From Halogeometricum borinquense DSM 11551 (GTDB taxonomy: Archaea; Halobacteriota; Halobacteria; Halobacteriales; Haloferacaceae), in the NCBI RefSeq assembly GCF_000172995.2, contig NC_014729.1, positions 960,001 through 992,000 on the forward strand: a stretch of 32,000 nucleotides of DNA. The letters run 5' to 3'. This document shows positions 10,034 to 16,741 of the stretch, in pieces; the stretch's first letter is position 1, and the number at the start of each line of letters is the position of its first letter. Below the pieces are notes generated by a model. The model had not been told where the DNA came from, made no database searches, and was given only the letters and a program-made list of their open reading frames with translations. A program made the position numbers and the translations under genes.

Positions 10034-10198
10034 GTCTTAACATTCACAATCACGTACTATATCAGTTGGCCCGCAACTGGCTACATCTCAAGCTCGACGA
10101 GAGCGTAATACTAGGCTTCTCACCTCCAGTATCCTCACTCCAGCAGAGAGCCCACAAGGAAAACGACACGTTGGTGATGTCGCTACGTGTTGTGGCTG

Positions 10199-11080
10199 CT
10201 ATTCGGTCGTGACCGTCGTATGGGTATGAACCATCGTCGCACGATGTGTGCCCGTCCCGACTTGGAAATGAATAGTGTGGTCGCCCGGTTCGTACTCGTC
10301 ACCCAACTGTTCTGCGAGGTCGATTCGTCCGCTGGTCGATCCGTCACCGAAGTGCATGTGGCGTGCGTCGGTCGGGATCACCTCGCCGACTGGAACGTGG
10401 TCGGTATCGATGAGCGCGTGGAGATGCCCGGCGTTCGAGTTGATGCCTTCACTAACCGGTTGAATAGTGTAGTTCTCGGCGGTGACATCCCACTCGACGA
10501 CACTGCCATCGACGGTCGTATCGAGACTGAGGCTGGCCTCGTCACGAACCGTTACCTCGACGGTATCAACCAGATCGATCGCTTTGTGCACGCCGTCGCC
10601 GACCTGCAGATGGAGCGTGTGGTCGCCCGGTTCGAGTTCGAGAACACCGTCCGTCTGACCGGTTCCGTAGTGGATGTGCGAGTCGTCTGTGGGAATTATT
10701 TCACCCGGCGTGACGGGGTCGGTGTCAACGAGGATGTGGTAGTGGCCAGCGCCTTCGATTACTTCACCGGCTTTCTCGATCGTGACGCCGTCCGCAGTGG
10801 CCTTCCATTGCACGTACGTACTGGTGAGTTCCGCATCCGAGGACGGCACAGCAAACGAGATGCTAGCGTCGGGGCCGACGCCGTTCATGTACGTCTCGGA
10901 TTCAGTCGTCGTCGCCTCCTGCGTCTCGGTCGGCGTCGCTTGTTCTTCCGTCGTCGTCCCTTCGGTTTCGGTCTCGGTTCCTCCCGACTGGTTTCCGCTA
11001 CAACCGGCGAGACCGACAGCGACTGCGCTTGAAATCGTTCCGACGAACGCCCGTCTGGAAGTGTTATTATAAAGACACAT
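10199..11080 (-). CDS. Tat-exported lipoprotein with two tandem DUF4399-like His-rich domains
   Basis: The N-terminus carries a twin-arginine motif (SRRAFVG) followed by a lipobox (LAGC) and a T/E-rich linker. Two internal repeats share GHYHILVDTD...DDSHIHYGTGQTD...GDHTLHLQVGDGVH and GHLHALIDTD...DARHMHFGDGSTS...GDHTIHFQVGTGTH. Confidence 0.85.
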   Translation of the reverse strand: MCLYNNTSRRAFVGTISSAVAVGLAGCSGNQSGGTETETEGTTTEEQATPTETQEATTTESETYMNGVGPDASISFAVPSSDAELTSTYVQWKATADGVTIEKAGEVIEGAGHYHILVDTDPVTPGEIIPTDDSHIHYGTGQTDGVLELEPGDHTLHLQVGDGVHKAIDLVDTVEVTVRDEASLSLDTTVDGSVVEWDVTAENYTIQPVSEGINSNAGHLHALIDTDHVPVGEVIPTDARHMHFGDGSTSGRIDLAEQLGDEYEPGDHTIHFQVGTGTHRATMVHTHTTVTTE

Positions 11081-11141
11081 TCTCGTGTGTACTCCTCGCC
11101 GAGGAGCGAACTATAATATTACGGCTTTGAACTGTTATGGC

Positions 11142-11894
11142 TCACAACACAAGTCCATCGTCAACGCGCACGACCTCGCCGTTGACGTAGGATGCGGCGT
11201 CGCTGGCCAAAAAGCGGATTACGTCCGCGATTTCCTCGGGTGTGGCAACGCGGCCGCTTGCGGTATCCGTCTCGACGGCCGATTCGTGACCCGATGAGGA
11301 TGCCAGCAAATCGGTGTCGGTGTATCCGGGAGCGACGGCGTTGACGCGGATGTCTTTTCCGCCGAGTTCGCGGGCCGCCGAACGAGTGAGTCCGAGGACG
11401 CCGGCCTTGCTCGCGGCGTAATTCGATTGGCCGGCCCACCCACGCTGGGCGGCGACGCTCGCAACGTTGACGATGCGACCGCCTCGGTCATCGCACCGCA
11501 GCATCTGTTTCGCTGCTTCTCGCGTGCAGTAGAACGTGCCCGTGAGATTCACGTCGATGACGCGCTGCCACCGTTCGGGCGTCATCCGGAGTAACAGACC
11601 GTTGTCCATCACTCCGGCGTTGTTCACGAGAATCGTCGGGTGACCGTACCGCTCGGTAACGGTCTCGAAAGTCGCCGCTACCGCGTCGAAGTCGGCGACA
11701 TCAAACTGTTCGACTGCGGTTTCGGTGGGGAGCGCGGCCAACGCGGCGGCAGTTTGCTCTGCGGCCTCGTCATCGTCGTGATAGGTTGCGACGACGGTCG
11801 CCCCCCGTTCGGCGAGTTGCTCTGCTACTGCACGGCCGATGCCTCGCGTTCCGCCTGTGACGACTGCGACCTCGCCGTCGAAGTCGTCGGTCAC
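11142..11894 (-). CDS. fabG: 3-oxoacyl-[ACP] reductase-like short-chain dehydrogenase (FabG family)
   Basis: TGGTRGIG cofactor motif, NNAG, and SNYAASKAG (YxxxK) with the upstream Ser. 4-nt overlap with fabD. It is the last gene of the acpP operon. Confidence 0.85.
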   Translation of the reverse strand: MTDDFDGEVAVVTGGTRGIGRAVAEQLAERGATVVATYHDDDEAAEQTAAALAALPTETAVEQFDVADFDAVAATFETVTERYGHPTILVNNAGVMDNGLLLRMTPERWQRVIDVNLTGTFYCTREAAKQMLRCDDRGGRIVNVASVAAQRGWAGQSNYAASKAGVLGLTRSAARELGGKDIRVNAVAPGYTDTDLLASSSGHESAVETDTASGRVATPEEIADVIRFLASDAASYVNGEVVRVDDGLVL

Positions 11895-12856
11895 GCAAAC
11901 ACCTCCTGAGCGTTCGCGGGCGTTTCGAGTGTGAGACAGTCGGCGTCCGGCGCGATTCGTTCGACGAGCGTCGATAGCACCCCGGCCGGCGGGAACTCGA
12001 CGAATCGCTCGATGCCCTGTGCGCGAAGTTCTTCGACGACACGGACCCAGTCAACTGCCGACGTAATCTGGTTCGACAGGTCTCGACGGGCGACGCTCGG
12101 CTTCGTGTACACTTCGCCGCTCACGTCGGAGACGACCGGAATATCGGCTTCGCGGAGCGTCACGTCGGCCATCGCCGTTTCGACACAATCGACAGCCGAC
12201 GCCATCACCGGTGAGTGGAACGCCGCACCGACATCGAGTTCGTGGAAGCGAACCGTCGTCCGCTCGTCGAGTCGCTCCTCCACCGCTTTCACTCCCGCAG
12301 TGGTGCCGCTGATGACGGCCTGCTTCGGTGCGTTGTACAGGGCGATACCGACATCCTCCCGGCAGGCACACGCTTTTTCGACCTCGTCTCGGGTAGCCAG
12401 GAGGACAGCAATCATCGTTCCCGGGCCATCAGCCGCGGCCGCCTGCTCCATGCAGTTCCCCCGCTGGTGCGTGAGTTTGGCCGTCTCGGCAGGGGATATC
12501 GCCCCCGCAGCCCCCAGCGCGGTAAAGTGGCCGAGACTGTGGCCGGCGACGAGCGTCGGTTCGACATCGAAACGAGCGGTGACGCCCTCGTAGACCGCGA
12601 GACCGGTCGCCAGTAACACCGGTTGGGTGATACTCGGCTGTTGTAGCTTCTCTGTTGTTCCTTCGAAGCACAACTCCGTGAGGTCGATATCAAGCGCGGA
12701 ATCGAGACGGTCGAACAGCGCACGCGTCTCGGGCCAGTCGTCGTAGAACGCTCGTCCCATACCGACGGTTTGGCTTCCCTGTCCGGGGAAGAGGAACGCT
12801 GTTCCGTCGAGCGTGGATGGTGAATGTTCGGTCGTCATTGTGGTGGTGTGAATCAA
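11891..12856 (-). CDS. fabD: Malonyl-CoA:ACP transacylase (FabD family)
   Basis: FLFPGQGSQTVGMG start motif and GHSLGHFTALGAAG nucleophile elbow. Its length of 321 aa is typical of FabD. It overlaps acpS and fabG by 4 nt each. Confidence 0.9.
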   Translation of the reverse strand: MIHTTTMTTEHSPSTLDGTAFLFPGQGSQTVGMGRAFYDDWPETRALFDRLDSALDIDLTELCFEGTTEKLQQPSITQPVLLATGLAVYEGVTARFDVEPTLVAGHSLGHFTALGAAGAISPAETAKLTHQRGNCMEQAAAADGPGTMIAVLLATRDEVEKACACREDVGIALYNAPKQAVISGTTAGVKAVEERLDERTTVRFHELDVGAAFHSPVMASAVDCVETAMADVTLREADIPVVSDVSGEVYTKPSVARRDLSNQITSAVDWVRVVEELRAQGIERFVEFPPAGVLSTLVERIAPDADCLTLETPANAQEVFA

Positions 12857-13329
12857 ATACGGCGATTAGTGGTTCGTCTCGCTGTACCGACGACAGTCAC
12901 CGATCCGATGGCGTATCCTGCGGTCTGATCGTGGGTCAGACTGACTGCGATGTCGGCAGTCTCGGGCTGGACGTCGCATGCGTCAAGTGTCGCATCGAGC
13001 GCGTCGGATGCGACGGGAGCCAGTGACAGTCGAGGGCCGTCGGGTCGGCGGTCGATTTCGATGGCGGCGGTCGGGACACCGGGTGAGGAACCGGCCAGCG
13101 TCTTCAGGAATGCTTCTTTGGCTGCCCAGCGGGCGGCGTAGTGCTGCGGTGGGTCGCCCTGCGCCTCGCAGTAGGCCTGCTCGGCCGGAGTGAATACTCG
13201 GCCGCGGAACGAATCGCCGAACTCCGCAAGAAGGTCGGCAATGCGGTCGATAGCCACCACATCGACGCCGTGTCTAACTGTGGGGCCAGTGTTTCGAGCG
13301 ACGTCGGGCGCTTCGTCGGACATGGTCAC
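12853..13329 (-). CDS. acpS: Holo-[ACP] synthase (AcpS-type 4'-phosphopantetheinyl transferase)
   Basis: GVDVVAIDRIADLL...FTPAEQAYC......HYAARWAAKEAFLKTLG matches the AcpS family core. It lies between fabF and fabD with 4-nt overlaps. Confidence 0.85.
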   Translation of the reverse strand: MTMSDEAPDVARNTGPTVRHGVDVVAIDRIADLLAEFGDSFRGRVFTPAEQAYCEAQGDPPQHYAARWAAKEAFLKTLAGSSPGVPTAAIEIDRRPDGPRLSLAPVASDALDATLDACDVQPETADIAVSLTHDQTAGYAIGSVTVVGTARRTTNRRI

Positions 13330-14549
13330 GGCTGCTCGAAGACGAGTGCGCCGTTCGTTCCGCCGAACCCGGCCGACGTGCTGACAGCGACGTCAACGTC
13401 CATCGCTCGGGCTTCGGCGACGACCGGCAGATCACAGTCTGAATCGGATGTCTCGTAGTTCATCGTCGGCGGAATCGTTCCCTCGGCAATCGTCTGTGCG
13501 ACGATAGCGGCTTCGATAGCACCGGCGGCCCCGAGTGCGTGTCCGAGGTGGCCCTTGACGCTCGTGGTTGGCGGCACATCCGTCTCCGAGAACACCGTAT
13601 TGAGGGCTTCGGCCTCACGCGCGTCGCCAATCGGTGTGCTCGTCGCGTGCGCGTTAACGTGATCTACGGCGGCCGGGTCTCTGCCAGCGTCCTTCAGCGC
13701 TCGCTCGATACATCGGCGGAGCCCATCTCCCGACTCGGCCGGGCGCGTGACGTGGTGTGCGTCAGCAGATCGGCCTGCACCGGTCACGGCCGCATACGGG
13801 GTCGCGTCACGCTCACGAGCGTGGTCGCGCGATTCCAGGATGACAATACCGCAGCCCTCCGCGAGAACCAACCCGTCTCGGTCGGCGTCGAACGGGCGAC
13901 TCGCCGCGGCAGGGTCGGCAGCGCGAGTGCTGAGCGCCCGCATTGAGTCGAAACTCCCGACGCCGAGCGGCGAGATTGAGGCCTCAGTTCCGCCGGCGAT
14001 GACGACATCGGCGCGTCCGCGCCGAATATCGTCGGCTGCGGCCGCGATGGCGTGGGTGCCCGCCGAACACGCCGTTCCGGGTGCGCGGTTCGGTCCCTTC
14101 GCGCCGACAGCCATACTGACGTGCCCGGCCGCGAGGTTCGTCAACGCGCGTACGAGGAACGACGGGGAGGGACGAGAACCGGCCGCGGCTTCGATCTCCG
14201 AAAGTCCAGCCAGTCCGGAGCCGATGCTGGTTCCCGCGCGTTCCGGTGTCCACGCGGGATCGACGGGATCGAATCCGGCGTCTTCGAGCGCCTCGGCAGC
14301 GGCGGCGACGGCGAACTGCGTGTACCGCCCCATCGTTCGGTCGTCAATGCGGTCGTCGGACGTGTCGGCCGCTGGGTCCGTTCCGATCTCGCATGCGACG
14401 TTGGCGCGTACGTTGGCCTCGTCGGGATCAAACCGCGTTATCGGACCCGCGCCGCTCCGCTCGTCGAGCAGTCCCGCCCACGTGCTGTCGGCTGTCTCTC
14501 CGAGCGCGGTCACCAGACCGATGCCTGTCACGACGACGTCCCGTTCCAT
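13326..14549 (-). CDS. fabF: Beta-ketoacyl-[ACP] synthase II-like condensing enzyme (FabF/KAS II family)
   Basis: VVVTGIGLVTALG, active-site TACSAGTHAI (Cys), NAHATSTPIGD (His), KGHLGHALGAAG (His) and a C-terminal GFGGTNGALVF. The complete Cys-His-His elongating ketosynthase triad is present. Confidence 0.92.
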   Translation of the reverse strand: MERDVVVTGIGLVTALGETADSTWAGLLDERSGAGPITRFDPDEANVRANVACEIGTDPAADTSDDRIDDRTMGRYTQFAVAAAAEALEDAGFDPVDPAWTPERAGTSIGSGLAGLSEIEAAAGSRPSPSFLVRALTNLAAGHVSMAVGAKGPNRAPGTACSAGTHAIAAAADDIRRGRADVVIAGGTEASISPLGVGSFDSMRALSTRAADPAAASRPFDADRDGLVLAEGCGIVILESRDHARERDATPYAAVTGAGRSADAHHVTRPAESGDGLRRCIERALKDAGRDPAAVDHVNAHATSTPIGDAREAEALNTVFSETDVPPTTSVKGHLGHALGAAGAIEAAIVAQTIAEGTIPPTMNYETSDSDCDLPVVAEARAMDVDVAVSTSAGFGGTNGALVFEQP

Positions 14550-14550
14550 G

Positions 14551-14796
14551 TTAGGTCCGCTCGGTGACGTACGCCGTCAGGTCGCCGACCGTCTCTAGCT
14601 CTTCGAGGTCCTCGTCGGGGATGTGGACGCCGACGTCGGCTTCGATGGCCTCGGCGATTTCGACGAGGTCCAGCGAATCGGCATCGAGCGTTTCGCCGTC
14701 GAACGGTGTCTCGGCGTCGAAATCGCCAGTATCGACGCGCAATCGCTCTTCGACGATGCCTTCGATGTGGTCCGTGGTATCTTGGCTATCGGCCAT
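14551..14796 (-). CDS. acpP: Acyl carrier protein
   Basis: 81 aa and very acidic. LDADSLDLVEIAEAIE contains the DSL phosphopantetheine-attachment serine motif in the expected helix II context. Its stop lies 1 nt before the fabF ATG. Confidence 0.88.
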   Translation of the reverse strand: MADSQDTTDHIEGIVEERLRVDTGDFDAETPFDGETLDADSLDLVEIAEAIEADVGVHIPDEDLEELETVGDLTAYVTERT

Positions 14797-14818
14797 GTGC
14801 TGCGGTTCGCTGTCTGTT

Positions 14819-14828
14819 GTAAAAATTG
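14819..14828 (-). promoter_or_regulatory. TATA-like box (CAATTTTTAC on the minus strand) about 26 nt upstream of the acpP ATG. Implies a leaderless acpP-fabF-acpS-fabD-fabG transcript.
   Basis: Seen in the 68-nt gap between the reductase stop (14865) and acpP ATG (14796). The spacing matches archaeal TATA-to-TSS distance. Not verified. Confidence 0.35.
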
Positions 14829-14864
14829 CCCGGTTTCCGTAAGTCTGCGGTAGCTATCACGTTC

Positions 14865-15830
14865 TCAGGGCGTCAGGACCACTTTTCCGACTGTCTCGCG
14901 GTTGGCGAGGGCGTCGTGAGCCTGCTGTGGCTCCGAAAGCGGAACCGTTCGATCAACGACGACTTCGACCTGACCGGACGCGAGATGGTCGATCACGGAC
15001 GGCACAGCTTCGAGTACGCGTTCTGGGACATGGTCGAGCGCGTGTTCGAGATGGTAGCCGATGACGGATTGATTCGCAAAGAACAGTCGCGGTGTCGCCA
15101 CAGTCGGCACTGAGCCGCTCGCCATCCCGAACGTCACGATTCGACCGACTGGCGCGAGTGCCTCGACGCTGGCAGCGAACGCGTTGCCGCCGACGCCGTC
15201 AACGACCAAATCGACACCATCGGTTCGGGACAGGACCGCGTCCGCCACGTCAACGTCCGTGTAGTCGATGGCGTGATCGGCACCGAGGTCTCTGGTGAGT
15301 TCACGCTTTTCGGCGGTACTGGCGGTGGCGAGTACGGTCGCTCCGGCGGCGTCTGCGAACTGGACGGCGAGTGAACCGACGCCCCCTGCTCCAGCATGGA
15401 CCAATACTCGCTCATCCGGTGACAGGTTGCCCCACTCGTGGAGGACGTTGTGGGCGGTCAACCCTTGGACCGGCAGCGCGGTCGCCGCAGCCCATGAGAG
15501 CGATTCCGGGATCCGGAACGTCTGTTCGGCTGGTGCGGTCGCGCGTTCTGCGTACCCCCCGCTCGACGTGAGTGCGGCAACCCGGTCACCGACCGCAAGG
15601 TCGCTCCCGGCTGGAGCGGTCCTGACAGTTCCAGCAACCTCCAATCCGGGGACGAACGGTGGCGACGGGCTATCGGGGTAATTGCCTCTGCGTTGCTCGA
15701 TGTCGGCGAAGTTGACGCCGACGGCCGCGACATCGATGCTGACCTCGCCCTCACTCGGTGTCGGCGCTGGTCGGTCCGTTATCGTCAGAACGGAACTGTC
15801 TCCGTATTCGGTGACTTCGACGGCGCGCAC
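14865..15830 (-). CDS. Zinc-independent MDR-family NADPH oxidoreductase (quinone oxidoreductase / enoyl reductase-like)
   Basis: MRAVEVTEYGDSSVL..., PFVPGLEVAGTV, and the HAGAGGVGSLAVQ Rossmann motif. It lacks the catalytic and structural zinc Cys ligands of ADHs. GTG start lies 2 nt after the stop of the R2-like gene. Confidence 0.8.
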   Translation of the reverse strand: MRAVEVTEYGDSSVLTITDRPAPTPSEGEVSIDVAAVGVNFADIEQRRGNYPDSPSPPFVPGLEVAGTVRTAPAGSDLAVGDRVAALTSSGGYAERATAPAEQTFRIPESLSWAAATALPVQGLTAHNVLHEWGNLSPDERVLVHAGAGGVGSLAVQFADAAGATVLATASTAEKRELTRDLGADHAIDYTDVDVADAVLSRTDGVDLVVDGVGGNAFAASVEALAPVGRIVTFGMASGSVPTVATPRLFFANQSVIGYHLEHALDHVPERVLEAVPSVIDHLASGQVEVVVDRTVPLSEPQQAHDALANRETVGKVVLTP

Positions 15831-15832
15831 GG

Positions 15833-16681
15833 TCAGTTCACCGTCCCATGCTCGGACTCGGCTCCACGAGAGAGTTGCGCCAGTCGGTCACGTCGCTTCC
15901 GAACTGCGAACGCGGTGAGGTCGTCGCTGTCGGGACCGGGGAGGCGTCTCCAACCCATTCGCTCGACAACGGCATCGACCGGTTCTGCGAGCGTCTCGAC
16001 CGTTTCCTCGACGAACGACCGCTCGACTGCTGTACGCTGGAGGAGTTCAGCGAGTTGATTCATGCCGTACCCGACGTGCCGTCCCTCGTCCTGCCGAACG
16101 TGACTGATTCCCTCGACAAGGCCCGGAAGTGACGGTCCGTCCGTCTCCGGGTCGAACGTCGCCTCGATGGCGTGAAACCCGGTCTGACCGAAGACGCCTT
16201 CGACCGTCAGGTGGTAGTGGCAGTACGCGTTGGCGCGGTTGGTTGGCGTATCGTCGTCGAGGAGTTGGTTCATCGCCGTTTCCGTCCGATTGAATATCTC
16301 CTCGTAGGCGGCAGTGAACCATCGGTCGGCCGTCGGATCGGTCGGGTCCAATCCGCGGGCGTCTTCCGCCGGTCTGATGACGTCTTTCCAGTAGCGCTCG
16401 AAGAAGGCGGCATGCTTGGCCTCCTCGTAGATGTGGCTGGCGACGAATCGTTGGTCGGTTTTGTTCGTCGTAGTTGCGGCCAGCGGAACCAGATCTTCGG
16501 TCACGTTCTCCTCGCCCGCGCCGAACATTGCAATCGTCGCGCGTAACTGTGTAAACGCGCTCCGGCCGAGGTCGGAAATCGCCGCTCGGTCGGCAGCCAA
16601 GTCTATCTCGTATGGACTCCAATGGCGCTCGGTCGCGTGCCTGAAGTATCGCTCTGCTCGCCCCCGATTCTCCGCAGACAT
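15833..16681 (-). CDS. R2-like ferritin-fold di-metal carboxylate protein (ribonucleotide reductase small-subunit family, R2lox/R2c-like, no radical Tyr)
   Basis: HWSPYEIDLAADRAAI resembles the R2 N-terminal W-P-E-I-D-L motif. Candidate metal ligands are GEENVTEDL (E), YEEAKHAAFF (ExxH), LTVEGVFGQTGF (E) and RQDEGRHVGYG (ExxH). I chose ATG 16681 as the start; the track ORF starts at GTG 16726. Confidence 0.8.
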   Translation of the reverse strand: MSAENRGRAERYFRHATERHWSPYEIDLAADRAAISDLGRSAFTQLRATIAMFGAGEENVTEDLVPLAATTTNKTDQRFVASHIYEEAKHAAFFERYWKDVIRPAEDARGLDPTDPTADRWFTAAYEEIFNRTETAMNQLLDDDTPTNRANAYCHYHLTVEGVFGQTGFHAIEATFDPETDGPSLPGLVEGISHVRQDEGRHVGYGMNQLAELLQRTAVERSFVEETVETLAEPVDAVVERMGWRRLPGPDSDDLTAFAVRKRRDRLAQLSRGAESEHGTVN

Positions 16682-16741
16682 ATCCGCTCTGTTGGACGCT
16701 CCGGTGAATAAGACTGGCCGTTCCACTCGCTCAGCAGAGCG

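Noticed and set aside
10187-11032. 281-aa + strand ORF opposite the DUF4399-like lipoprotein gene
   Set aside because: The minus-strand product has a Tat motif, a lipobox, an acidic halophilic composition and an internal domain duplication. The + strand translation has none of these and is Val/Arg-rich.
13747-14598. 283-aa + strand ORF (and 11931-12593, 16944-17534 and similar) opposite fabF, fabD and the CBS-ParB gene
   Set aside because: They are antisense to genes with complete catalytic motifs. Their Ser/Ala/Arg-rich low-complexity translations mark them as GC shadow ORFs.
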